This document shows, piece by piece, positions 25,353-34,695 of a stretch of DNA of 64,000 nt. Position 1 is the first letter of the stretch. Every line of letters begins with the position of its first letter. The notes beneath the pieces are model-generated. The model was not told the DNA's origin. It made no database searches and saw only the letters and a program-made list of their open reading frames with translations. This DNA comes from an uncultured Candidatus Binatia bacterium. GTDB lineage: Bacteria > Desulfobacterota > Binatia > UBA9968 > JAJDTQ01. The position numbers and the translations under genes are program-made. The DNA is taken from the NCBI GenBank assembly GCA_965213675.1, contig OZ243916.1, forward strand, positions 2,528,001 through 2,592,000, read 5' to 3'.

Positions 25353-27314
25353 ATGAACACGATCCGACTGACCGCGGCGCAGGCGCTGGTGCGTTACTTG
25401 AGCGCCCAGACCAACGAGGACGGCGAACGTTTCGTGGCCGGGGTGTGGGCGATCTTCGGGCACGGCAACGTGGCCGGGCTGGGCGAGGCCCTGTACCAGG
25501 CGGGGGACACGCTGCCGACGTGGCGCGGCCACAACGAGCAGGGCATGGCGCACGCGGCCATCGCCTTCGCCAAGGCCCACAACCGCAAGCGCGCCATGGC
25601 GGTCACCTCCTCCATCGGCCCGGGCGCCACCAACATGGTCACGGCCGCGGCGCTGGCCCACGTGAACCGCCTGCCCGTGCTGCTGCTTCCCGGCGACGTC
25701 TTCGCCAACCGCCTGCCCGACCCCGTGCTGCAACAGGTGGAGGACTTCGCGGACGGCACGGTCAGCGCCAATGACTGTTTCCGTCCGGTGAGCCGTTACT
25801 TCGACCGCATCACCCGTCCCGAGCAATTGCTTGCGGCCCTGCCGCGCGCCATGGCCACGCTCATCGATCCGGCCGGATGCGGCCCGGCGACCCTCGCCCT
25901 GTGCCAGGACGTCCAGGCCGAAGCCTATGACTATCCCGAAGGGTTTTTCGAGCCGCGGGCCTGGATCATGCGCCGGCAGCGGCCGGACGCCGGAGAATTG
26001 GCGCGCGCGGTGGAAGCCCTGCGGGCCGCCAAGGCGCCGCTCCTCATCGCCGGCGGCGGTGTGCACTACTCGGATGCGTGCGAGACGCTGGCCGCATTCG
26101 CCGAGCGCCAGGGCATCCCGGTGGCCGAAACCCAGGCGGGCAAGTCGGCGCTGCCGTGGACGCATCCGTGCAGCGTCGGCGCCATCGGCGTCACTGGCGC
26201 CGAGAGCGCCAACGCGCTTGCCCGGAACGCGGATCTGGTCCTCGCGGTGGGAACCCGCCTGCAGGACTTCACCACCGGCTCCTGGAGCCTCTTCCAGAAC
26301 CCCGATGTCCGCTTGGTGGCCATCAACGCGGCCGCCTTCGACGCCGCCAAGCACAGCACCGTTGCCGTGGTGGGGGACGCGCGCACGGTCCTGGAAGAAC
26401 TGGACGCCATCCTGGGTGAGGGCAGGCTGTCCGCGCTGTCATCGGAAACGCGCGCAACGCGGGCAAACTCCGGAACGAAGGGGAATGATCGTCCTGATGG
26501 GGCCGGCCGGCCCGTTGCAGGGGGACGCGAGACTTCCGTGGCATCGTCGCCGAAGGAATCGCCGCCGCGGGAATCATCCCTGGCGGGCATCAATGCGGAT
26601 TGGGACCGGACCGTGGACGCCGCCACCCGCGCTCCGGGCGGCGCAACCGTGCCTTCCGACGCCCAGGTCATCGGCGCCGTGCAACGCAACATGCCCGGCA
26701 ACGGCATTGTGGTGTGCGCGGCGGGCGGGCTTCCCGGCGAGTTGCACAAGCTGTGGCGCTCGCCGCGGCGCGGCGATTATCACCTGGAATACGGGTACTC
26801 ATGCATGGGCTACGAGATCGCTGGCGGGCTCGGGGTCAAGATGGCGCGGCCCGACGCCGAAGTGGTGGTGGTGGTGGGTGATGGCTCGTACATGATGATG
26901 AACTCGGAACTGGCCACGAGCGTCATGCTCGGCCTGAAGCTGACCCTCGTGGTGCTGGACAACCGTGGCTTCGGCTGCATCGACCGGCTTCAACGGGCCA
27001 CCGGGGGCGCGAGCTTCAACAACCTGTTGGACAGCGCCCGGCGCCAGACCCCATCGGCCATCGATTTCGCCGCCCATGCCGCTTCCATGGGAGCCATCGC
27101 GACCCACGTGGACGACATCGCGGGACTCGAAGCCGCCCTGGTGAAGGCCAGGGACGCGGACCGAACGTCGGTCATCGTCATCGACACGGACCCCGCGGTG
27201 GGCACGGGAGCCGGCGGCCATTGGTGGGACGTGGCCGTGCCGGAGGTGTCGGCGCGGGCCGAAGTGGCGGCCGCGCGCGAATCCTACGAAGCGGCGCTGA
27301 CACGACGCCGGTGA
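25353..27314 (+). CDS. iolD: 3D-(3,5/4)-trihydroxycyclohexane-1,2-dione acylhydrolase
   Basis: Motifs TIRLTAAQAL, IFGHGNVAG, HNEQGMAH, EYGYSCMGYEIAG, GDGSYMM and WWDVAVPE. Confidence 0.95.
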   Translation: MNTIRLTAAQALVRYLSAQTNEDGERFVAGVWAIFGHGNVAGLGEALYQAGDTLPTWRGHNEQGMAHAAIAFAKAHNRKRAMAVTSSIGPGATNMVTAAALAHVNRLPVLLLPGDVFANRLPDPVLQQVEDFADGTVSANDCFRPVSRYFDRITRPEQLLAALPRAMATLIDPAGCGPATLALCQDVQAEAYDYPEGFFEPRAWIMRRQRPDAGELARAVEALRAAKAPLLIAGGGVHYSDACETLAAFAERQGIPVAETQAGKSALPWTHPCSVGAIGVTGAESANALARNADLVLAVGTRLQDFTTGSWSLFQNPDVRLVAINAAAFDAAKHSTVAVVGDARTVLEELDAILGEGRLSALSSETRATRANSGTKGNDRPDGAGRPVAGGRETSVASSPKESPPRESSLAGINADWDRTVDAATRAPGGATVPSDAQVIGAVQRNMPGNGIVVCAAGGLPGELHKLWRSPRRGDYHLEYGYSCMGYEIAGGLGVKMARPDAEVVVVVGDGSYMMMNSELATSVMLGLKLTLVVLDNRGFGCIDRLQRATGGASFNNLLDSARRQTPSAIDFAAHAASMGAIATHVDDIAGLEAALVKARDADRTSVIVIDTDPAVGTGAGGHWWDVAVPEVSARAEVAAARESYEAALTRRR

Positions 27315-27325
27315 GGGTTCGAACT

Positions 27326-27370
27326 CCCTTCGACTTCGTTCCGCCAAGGCGGCGCGACGCTCAGGACGGA
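27326..27370. repeat. REP-like element, family A
   Basis: CCCTTCGACTTCGTTCCG...CGCTCAGGAC is similar to the reverse complement of 5100-5120 and 11725-11752. Confidence 0.6.
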
Positions 27371-27535
27371 ACCAACGCTTCCGGCACTCGATCCGGGTGC
27401 CGAGACGGAAGGACGACGTATCCGTGAAGAAGCGGCGTGACGACGGTGTCCCCATGTCGGGCCAACGGTTCCCGGACCGATGATCCACCGCTGCAACAGC
27501 CCCGAGCGGCCATCCTTCCGCGCCGAGGAAACCAG

Positions 27536-28429
27536 GTGATCCGCTACGGCACCAATCCCATCGCGTGGTCCAACGACGACGACCGCGGTCTGGGCGGCGA
27601 GATTCCGCTGGAACAGTGCCTGCGCGACGTTCAGCGCATCGGCTTCGAGGGCATCGAGAAAGGGCACAAGTTTCCTTCCGATGCGCCGGCCCTGGCAGCA
27701 ACCCTCCAACGCTACGGACTGACATATGTATCCGGGTGGCACTCGCTCCAACTGCTCGAACGCTCGGTGGAGAGTGAGAAGGCGGCGCTCCAGCCTCATC
27801 TCGACGTGCTGGCCGCCATGGGGTGCGCCGTGTGCATCGTGTGCGAAACCAGCGGCGCCGTGCATGGCCGCGCCGGCACGTCCATGCTCCGGCGGCCGAC
27901 ACTCGCTCCTTCCGACTGGGCGGGCTTTTGCGCGAACATCGAGTCCGTAGCCGAACACTGCCGCCGCGCGGGCGTGCAATTGGCCTACCATCACCACATG
28001 GGCACGGTGGTGCAGACCCTGGACGAGATCACCGCCTTCATGGCACACGCCGGACCGCACACGAAGCTGCTCCTGGACACCGGCCACGCGGCCTTCGCGG
28101 GCGCCGATCCCGTGGCGCTTGCGGAAGCTTACATGGACCGCATCGTTCACATTCATGCGAAGAACGTTCGCCCCGCCGTCCGTGACAAGGCGCTTGCGGA
28201 AGGGCTGTCGTTCCTTCAGGCTGTCCGTCTCGGCGTGTTCACGGTACCGGGCGACGACGAGGGCTGCGTGGACTTCCCCGCGGTGTTGCGCATCGCAGCG
28301 CGCCACCGCTACTCCGGATGGCTCATCGCCGAGGCCGAGCAGGACCCGGCGCAACGAGATCCGGTATATTATCAGACGTTGGCATTGAAGACGCTCCGCG
28401 CCATGGCGCGGAAAGCCGGGTTGGTCTAG
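27536..28429 (+). CDS. iolE: Myo-inosose-2 dehydratase
   Basis: Motifs GTNPIAWSNDD, YHHHMGT, LLLDTGH, GVFTVPGD and EAEQDP. GTG start preceded by GAGG. Confidence 0.95.
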   Translation: MIRYGTNPIAWSNDDDRGLGGEIPLEQCLRDVQRIGFEGIEKGHKFPSDAPALAATLQRYGLTYVSGWHSLQLLERSVESEKAALQPHLDVLAAMGCAVCIVCETSGAVHGRAGTSMLRRPTLAPSDWAGFCANIESVAEHCRRAGVQLAYHHHMGTVVQTLDEITAFMAHAGPHTKLLLDTGHAAFAGADPVALAEAYMDRIVHIHAKNVRPAVRDKALAEGLSFLQAVRLGVFTVPGDDEGCVDFPAVLRIAARHRYSGWLIAEAEQDPAQRDPVYYQTLALKTLRAMARKAGLV

Positions 28430-28484
28430 GGAAAGCCGTTACGAAACGTCATTTCCGCGCAAGCTCCTGGCGGAGGGAGGTTCC

Positions 28485-29297
28485 ATGAACAGCCTGTTAC
28501 GAAAACCGTCGGGGACGGCGGGCAAGATCGTCGACATCACACCCGCGGACGCCGGCTGGCGCTACGTTGGCTTCGCGGTCTACGCATTGAAGGCCGGGGA
28601 CACCGCCGGCGAGACCACCGGGAACCGCGAGGCCATCCTGGTGATGGTGGACGGCAAGGCGCGCCTGGCCACCCCCGAGGTCGACTTCGGCGTCCAGGGC
28701 GGGCGCATGAGTGTGTTCGAGCAGACCAGGCCGCACGCGGTCTACGTTCCCAACGGCACGTCCTGGTCGGCGCGCGCGGAAACCGACTGCACCATCGCCG
28801 TCTGCTCGGCTCCGGGCTTCGGCGGGCATCCGGCCGCGGCCATCGACCCGGACGGCATCCCGGTGCTGGAGCGCGGCAGGGGCGCCAACACGCGCTACGT
28901 GCACCCCATCGCCATGGACGACGCCGACATCGCCGACAGGCTGCTCCTCACCGAAGTGTTCACGCCCCAGGGCAACTGGTCGAGCTACCCGCCGCACCGC
29001 CACGACAGCGACCAGGGCGCGGACATGACCTATCTCGAGGAGACCTACTATCACCGCATCAACCCGCCCCAGGGGTTCGGCTTCCAGCGGGTCTTCACCG
29101 AGGACGGGGAGCTGGACGAGACCATGGCGGTTTCCGACGGCGACACCGTGCTGGTGCCGCGCGGGCACCACCCCTGCGGCGCGCCCTATGGGTACGACAT
29201 GTACTACCTGAACGTCATGGCCGGTCCCAGGCGGCAGTGGCGCTTCAAGAACCACCCGGACCACGACTGGATCTTCCAGCGGGACTCGAAATCATGA
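28485..29297 (+). CDS. iolB: 5-deoxy-glucuronate isomerase
   Basis: Motifs AGWRYVGF, GNWSSYPPHRHD, LEETYYHR and YYLNVMAGP. Confidence 0.95.
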   Translation: MNSLLRKPSGTAGKIVDITPADAGWRYVGFAVYALKAGDTAGETTGNREAILVMVDGKARLATPEVDFGVQGGRMSVFEQTRPHAVYVPNGTSWSARAETDCTIAVCSAPGFGGHPAAAIDPDGIPVLERGRGANTRYVHPIAMDDADIADRLLLTEVFTPQGNWSSYPPHRHDSDQGADMTYLEETYYHRINPPQGFGFQRVFTEDGELDETMAVSDGDTVLVPRGHHPCGAPYGYDMYYLNVMAGPRRQWRFKNHPDHDWIFQRDSKS

Positions 29298-29332
29298 ACG
29301 GGTCCGTCCGGTCCCGATGCCCAGGATAACGC

Positions 29333-30382
29333 GTGAGCCTCTCCACGGATCACACGTTGCCGAAAGGCGCCAGCGAGCCTGTCCGCCTGGGCCTCCTGGG
29401 AGCCGGGCGCATCGGACAGACCCACGCCCGCTCCGTCGCCGCCACGGAGCGCGCCCGGCTGGTGGCGGTGGCCGATCCCGTCGAGGCGGCCGCGGCCGCG
29501 GTGGCCCGCATGACCGGCGCCCGGGTGACGTCGCCCGACGCACTGCTGAGCGACCCCGCCATCGAAGGCGTCCTCATCGCCGCGCCCACCGACCTCCACG
29601 CGGACCTCATCGAGGGGGCGGCGGATGCGGCCAAGGCCATCTTTTGCGAGAAACCCCTCGACCTCGACCTGTCCCGCGCGCAACGGGGCGTCGCCGCCGC
29701 GGCCCGCCGCGGCGTGCCGCTCATGATCGGGTTCAACCGCCGCTTCGATCCCTCGTTCCGGCGCCTGCGTGAGGAGATCGACGGCAGGCGCATCGGCGAC
29801 GTGGAACTGGTGCAAATCACCTCCCGCGATCCCGCCCCGCCTCCCCTCGCCTACATCCAGCGCTCCGGCGGACTCTTCCGCGACATGATGATCCACGACC
29901 TGGACATGGCGCGGTTCCTGGTGGGGGAGCCCATCGTCGAAGTCAGCGCCACCGGCTCGGCTCTCGTGGACCCGGCCATCGGCCACGCCGGCGACGTGGA
30001 CACCGCGGTGGCGGTTTTGCGTTCGTCGGGAGGCCGCCTGTGCGTCATCTCCAACTCCCGCCGCGCCGTGTACGGCTACGACCAGCGCATCGAGGTTCAC
30101 GGCTCCGCCGGAATGCTCTCCGCGGGCAATCCCGCCGCCACGACAGTCACGCGGGCCGACGGCTCGGGTTTTGCCACCGACCCCCTGAACACGTTCTTCA
30201 TGGACCGTTACGCGGATGCGTACAGACTGGAGTTGGCCGCGTTCTGCGCCGTCGTCCGGGGCGGAAACGTGCCCTACCCCGACGGCGAGGACGGCCTCGC
30301 CGCCCTCGCCATCGCCGATGCCGCGTCCGAATCCCTGGCCACGGCCCGCACCGTGCCCGTCAGTATGATCTCGACCCCATAG
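29333..30382 (+). CDS. iolG: Inositol 2-dehydrogenase
   Basis: Motifs GAGRIG, CEKP, GFNRRFDP, ITSRDP, SGGLFRDMMIHD and YGYDQRIEVHG. Confidence 0.92.
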   Translation: MSLSTDHTLPKGASEPVRLGLLGAGRIGQTHARSVAATERARLVAVADPVEAAAAAVARMTGARVTSPDALLSDPAIEGVLIAAPTDLHADLIEGAADAAKAIFCEKPLDLDLSRAQRGVAAAARRGVPLMIGFNRRFDPSFRRLREEIDGRRIGDVELVQITSRDPAPPPLAYIQRSGGLFRDMMIHDLDMARFLVGEPIVEVSATGSALVDPAIGHAGDVDTAVAVLRSSGGRLCVISNSRRAVYGYDQRIEVHGSAGMLSAGNPAATTVTRADGSGFATDPLNTFFMDRYADAYRLELAAFCAVVRGGNVPYPDGEDGLAALAIADAASESLATARTVPVSMISTP

Positions 30383-30384
30383 GC

Positions 30385-30423
30385 AAAAAGGGCGGCCGGT
30401 GGTCTCGCCACCGGCCGCCCTTT
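30385..30423. terminator. Terminator hairpin between convergent iolG and coxG-like genes
   Basis: AAAAAGGGCGGCCGGTGG-TCTCG-CCACCGGCCGCCCTTT. Confidence 0.8.
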
Positions 30424-30469
30424 CCTTCGACTCCGTATCCCCGGGTCAAGCCCATGAGGACGGATCCGA

Positions 30470-30922
30470 TCAGTTCGCCGCCAACTCCTTCTTGATGTTG
30501 TTGATGAAGGTGTTGAGCATCTGGTCGGCCTTCTTGCGGATGATGGGCTGGCCGAACTCGCCGATCTTGCCGAGGATGTTGACGTCGGTCTCCACCGTCA
30601 GCTCGGTCTCGCCAGCGCTGATTTCCTTGAGTTCCATGGTGGACTTGCCGCGCATGGCGCCGGCCACGCGCCGGTCTTCGGCCTCGGCCCGGAGCGCCGC
30701 GCGCCAGGCGTCCTGGTCCTTCTCCTCCAGCACGATCTTGCCTTGCAGGCTCAATGAGATGGGGCCGACGCGGACCTTCAGGGTACCCTGGTAGGTTTCG
30801 TCGTCCAACTGCTCGACGTCCTGGACGCCGGGAAGGCAGGTGGCCACCCTGGGAATGTCCATAAGAAGTTGCCACAGGGGCTCGCGGCCCGCGGGCACGG
30901 TTGCGCTTTGACTGAATTTCAC
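30470..30922 (-). CDS. CoxG/SRPBCC family protein
   Basis: Motifs VATCLPG, LKVRVGPI and GKIGEFGQPIIRKKA. Confidence 0.85.
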   Translation of the reverse strand: MKFSQSATVPAGREPLWQLLMDIPRVATCLPGVQDVEQLDDETYQGTLKVRVGPISLSLQGKIVLEEKDQDAWRAALRAEAEDRRVAGAMRGKSTMELKEISAGETELTVETDVNILGKIGEFGQPIIRKKADQMLNTFINNIKKELAAN

Positions 30923-30938
30923 TCGATTCCTCCGTTGC

Positions 30939-31805
30939 TCAGGATGCGTTGGCGATGGCGGCCTCGAGCGCGCGCCGGACGAACACCGCGGCCATCTGCG
31001 TCTTGTAGGAGCCCGAGCCGCGGAAGTCGCTGACCGGGTCGGTGTGTTCCTTGGCCTTCTCGCCGGCTTCGCGCAGTCCCTCGGCCTTCACCGGCTGTCC
31101 CCGGAGCACAGCCTCGGAAGCCGTGGCGCGCACGGGCGTGGTGTTGACGCTGCCCATGGCGATGCGCACGTCCTGGATGGTGTTCCTGGCGGCGTCCAGC
31201 GTCACGACGGCGGCGGCGCTGACGGTGGCGTAGTCGTCGGCCGAGCGCGGCAGGAACTTGAGGTAGGCGGCGCCGGAGTTGGCCGCCATGAGCGGGACGC
31301 TCACGCCGGTGACGATTTCCTCCGGCTCCAGCACGGTCTCGTAGTAGTCGCTGAAGAAGTCCTCGGCGGCCACCGAACGGGCGCCGTTGGCGGAGCCGAT
31401 CTCGATGCTCGCGCCCAACGCGATATAGGTCGGCGGCGGGTCCTGGTTGGGATCAGCATGGGCCAAGCCTCCACCCACCGTGGCCATGGTGCGCACCCGC
31501 TGCGTGGCCACGTGGTGGTAGGTGGCGCCCAGTACCGGCAGCTTGCCCTGGACCAAATCCGAAGCGTCCAGGTGGGCATGGGTCACGAGGCCGCCGATGC
31601 GCACGCTGCCGTTGTTCTCCGAGATGTCGCTCAACCCGGACACGTTGCGCAGACTGATGACGCAACCCGGCTGCAGGAGTTGCTGCTTCATCATGATCAC
31701 GAGGGCGGTGCCGCCGGCGATGACCTTGCCGTCGGAGCCGGCTTCCTTGAGGTCCGCGTAGGCCTCGTCCAGGCTGCCCGGTGTGCGGTAGTCAAATGCG
31801 ATCAT
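30939..31805 (-). CDS. Molybdo-hydroxylase FAD-binding medium subunit (CoxM/CutM-like)
   Basis: Motifs IAGGTAL, VRTMATVGGGLAHADP and DFRGSGSYK. Confidence 0.9.
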   Translation of the reverse strand: MIAFDYRTPGSLDEAYADLKEAGSDGKVIAGGTALVIMMKQQLLQPGCVISLRNVSGLSDISENNGSVRIGGLVTHAHLDASDLVQGKLPVLGATYHHVATQRVRTMATVGGGLAHADPNQDPPPTYIALGASIEIGSANGARSVAAEDFFSDYYETVLEPEEIVTGVSVPLMAANSGAAYLKFLPRSADDYATVSAAAVVTLDAARNTIQDVRIAMGSVNTTPVRATASEAVLRGQPVKAEGLREAGEKAKEHTDPVSDFRGSGSYKTQMAAVFVRRALEAAIANAS

Positions 31806-31816
31806 TCCTCAACCCC

Positions 31817-32284
31817 CTACTTGGCGAACTCGTGCGCCTTCTCGATGGACTCGATGATCTTGTAATAGCCCGTGCACCGGCACAGGTTGCCCATCATCCA
31901 GTCCTTGATCTCTTCCTCGTTGGGCCGGGGGTTCCGGTCCAGGAGCGCCTTGGCCGCCACCACCTGGCCGGGGGTGCAGATGCCGCACTGAAAGCCGCCG
32001 TAGCGGATGAAGCTCTGCTGCACCGGATGAAGCTCGCCATCCTGGGCCAACCCTTCCACCGTGGTCACGTCGCGGCCATCGGCGAACACAGCCAGCGCCA
32101 GGCACGAACTCACCATCTCGCCGTCGATAAGCACCGTGCACGCGCCGCACACCCCCACGCTGCAACCTTCCTTGGTTCCCGTGAGGCCCAAGTCGTAACG
32201 GAGCACGTCCACCAGGAGCCGGTTGGTGGGAACCTCCAGCTCGTGCTCCGTCCCGTTGACGCGAAACTTGATCTTCTTGTCCAT
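31817..32284 (-). CDS. Molybdo-hydroxylase [2Fe-2S] small subunit (CoxS/CutS-like)
   Basis: Motifs GTKEGCSVGVCGACT, QCGICTPG and GNLCRCTGY. Confidence 0.93.
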   Translation of the reverse strand: MDKKIKFRVNGTEHELEVPTNRLLVDVLRYDLGLTGTKEGCSVGVCGACTVLIDGEMVSSCLALAVFADGRDVTTVEGLAQDGELHPVQQSFIRYGGFQCGICTPGQVVAAKALLDRNPRPNEEEIKDWMMGNLCRCTGYYKIIESIEKAHEFAK

Positions 32285-32538
32285 GAAATCCCTCTCTGAT
32301 CGTGAGGCTTGGTCTGTCTGCCGGCTGGCGGGGTCTGCGATGATTCCCGAATGCCGCCTCTATATAGGAAGAATCCCCGCAAAGTGCAACCGGCCCGGAG
32401 ACGGGTCAAACTGACGTTCCGGCGCCCGGAAACCGCGTTCGGCGGGCCGGCGACGGGAGCGCCATCCCTTGGAAATCGAGCGCGCTGGCGGCCTTGCTGG
32501 CGGCGCCTCGTCCCGTGACGCCGGGTCGCGATACCCCT

Positions 32539-33153
32539 TCAACTCCGGTCCGCCGCGCGGCGGCCACGAGGCGGAACCGCCTCCACGGGCTTTTCCATGA
32601 ACCGGCCGATGCGCGCCGCGAGGTCGTCCAGTCGCCTGCCTCCGCCACGGTCCAGCAACACGGACCCCGAGCCGATGAGCAGCAACCGCGCCGACCGGGC
32701 GGGAAAGGACTTCTCTCCCGCCGTGGAGCCGGCCACGGCGAACCCACTGTACACCTGATCGTCGGCAACCCTCAGGCCCACCACCTCGTCAAAGTCCAGC
32801 GTCAGCCGCCGGCGTATGAACAGGCTGCTGCGGGTCAGCGACACCGTGCGCGTGCGCCGGTCGATGCGGATGGTGCGCTTGAGGGTGAACAGGAACAGCA
32901 CCACCCCGAAAAGCACGACGTTCATGGTCGGGAAGTACCACAGATTCCCCACCGCGCTGTCGAGCCCGTGGGCGCGGATGGCCAGGAACACGGGCACCGA
33001 GAGGAGGAGCAGGAAACAGGCGATGCCCAGGCACAGCAACGCCGGAAAGCGTCCACCGCGCCATGCCAGGTTCAGTTCGTGGTCTCCGGAAGGTTCCGGA
33101 CGGAAACCGAGACGGTTGCCGATGGATTCGAAGTGTCGCGGGTTCCCTGTCAT
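32539..33153 (-). CDS. Hypothetical membrane protein (2 TM helices plus a soluble domain)
   Basis: Two hydrophobic segments followed by a beta-rich region; GC-rich third codon positions. Confidence 0.65.
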   Translation of the reverse strand: MTGNPRHFESIGNRLGFRPEPSGDHELNLAWRGGRFPALLCLGIACFLLLLSVPVFLAIRAHGLDSAVGNLWYFPTMNVVLFGVVLFLFTLKRTIRIDRRTRTVSLTRSSLFIRRRLTLDFDEVVGLRVADDQVYSGFAVAGSTAGEKSFPARSARLLLIGSGSVLLDRGGGRRLDDLAARIGRFMEKPVEAVPPRGRRAADRS

Positions 33154-33356
33154 GCGGGAATATGGCCACCCACAAATCGGTCATTGAACCGAAATGGCTC
33201 CCTGCCTCCGGACGTCACTGACATGAAACAACCCGGTTCCTGTGGTTGGCGGCCCGTGGGACCCACTTTCGTCCCCTCGTGTGCGACTCCAAGCCGGCAT
33301 GGAAGGTTCCCGCGCAGGCGGCAATCCAGGCACGCCGCGGGTGAACGGGGCTTCCA

Positions 33357-33536
33357 CTACTCCGGCTTCACCCCATGCTTGCGCAGCGCCCGGTCGGAGC
33401 GGTCGCGAACGTCCCGCTGGTTGCCTTGGGCCTGCGCGCGGATTTTCTCGTTGCAGGCCTCGCAGATGCCGCCACTCAGAGGCGCAACCCTGGCACAAAC
33501 CATGCAGCGGTCCTGTGGATCCAGTTCCTTGTCCAT
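33357..33536 (-). CDS. Small CxxC...CxxC (zinc-ribbon-like) protein
   Basis: MDKELDPQDRCMVCARVAPLSGGICEACNEKIRAQAQG. A TATGCT -10-like box lies 7 nt before the ATG. Confidence 0.55.
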   Translation of the reverse strand: MDKELDPQDRCMVCARVAPLSGGICEACNEKIRAQAQGNQRDVRDRSDRALRKHGVKPE

Positions 33537-33579
33537 GACGTGGAGCATATCCGACCTTGGGGGACGATCCAACAAGAAC

Positions 33580-34695
33580 TCATGGAGAGTCACGCCTCAC
33601 CGAGTCGATGCGTTCCAACACGATAAAGCCGTGGCTGTCCCGGACCCCGGTCACCGTCACCTCATCCAGCCAGTATGGCTTGACAATATCGTCTACGCCC
33701 GGCGGTATTCGAACTCCGTGGCTCTTCTTGTCGGCATCCACGATACGAACCGTCTCCTGACCCGTGGTGGCATCCGCCCACCGCAACACCCCTTGGACGC
33801 TGACCTTTTGAGAAACGGACACCATGTCAGGCGCCATGGATTCCGCAAGGTCGAGCTTCGACTCAAGCCTGACAGTTCGACTCTCGACACCCCGTGTGGC
33901 GGTCAAACCGACGAAACGCACCATATCGCCGTCAGGTCCGATCTTTTCGGCAAGCGAGGTAAAATTCGCGTAGTACGCATCATTTCCAATGCGTTGCCGC
34001 AATTGGCTTTTCCCTTCCAACTCGAGAACATCAAAGCAATCAAAGATCTCCCGTACCACCTCAGCGCCCTTGGCCATGCCAGGGAGACTCATTTGATCTG
34101 GCTGTCCTATATGCAAAGAGAATGCGAAACTGCCTTCCCGAGGAGTACCCATGAAAAACTCGTAGCCGCGAGTGACGGCCTGAGCAGGCCTGCCGCGAGC
34201 ACGGTAATCCATTCCAGCAATACGCTCCCCTGTGCGCAGCACCAGATTCCGGAAACTCTCCACACGAGGCATGATGGCCGTATACAACGCAAAGCCGGCA
34301 GCGACTACTGGTCCAACCACAGACACCTGAAACTCTTCCGGTTGAAGCGTGATTCCCCTCTTTGAAAGATGCCTTTGGAATTCCTCCTCTTCGAGGATTT
34401 CACGAATTTCATTCGCTATTTCGAGAGGAGGATTTCCGGCCAACCCCTGGTACGCCAGCCGTTTCGCCTCGGCCAACTCGCCGCACTCCAGCGCCAATGT
34501 GGCGGCACTCCGATACAAGACCGACCGCGTGGGCTCTTCCTCAAAGGATTGGAGAAGAAGCTGGGCGGCTTCACGTTCCAGTTCAAATGCCCGCCGCATG
34601 AGAGCGGAAGCTTCGCCACTCTGCATGCCCCGGCTGGCAAGCTTTGCCCGCTCCGCACAGCGCATTGCGGCGCGATGTGTATCGCGAACATTCAT
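33580..34695 (-). CDS. Hypothetical protein with an N-terminal TPR-like helical domain
   Basis: HRAAM...AFELEREAA...EPTRSVLYRSAATLALECGE...GNPP. Visibly lower GC than the flanks; ATGA overlap with the upstream gene. Confidence 0.75.
   Translation of the reverse strand: MNVRDTHRAAMRCAERAKLASRGMQSGEASALMRRAFELEREAAQLLLQSFEEEPTRSVLYRSAATLALECGELAEAKRLAYQGLAGNPPLEIANEIREILEEEEFQRHLSKRGITLQPEEFQVSVVGPVVAAGFALYTAIMPRVESFRNLVLRTGERIAGMDYRARGRPAQAVTRGYEFFMGTPREGSFAFSLHIGQPDQMSLPGMAKGAEVVREIFDCFDVLELEGKSQLRQRIGNDAYYANFTSLAEKIGPDGDMVRFVGLTATRGVESRTVRLESKLDLAESMAPDMVSVSQKVSVQGVLRWADATTGQETVRIVDADKKSHGVRIPPGVDDIVKPYWLDEVTVTGVRDSHGFIVLERIDSVRRDSP

Noticed and set aside
30470-32284. Calling this locus aerobic CO dehydrogenase
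   Set aside because: There is no CoxL with the AYXCSFR motif, and S/M/G subunits do not determine the substrate.
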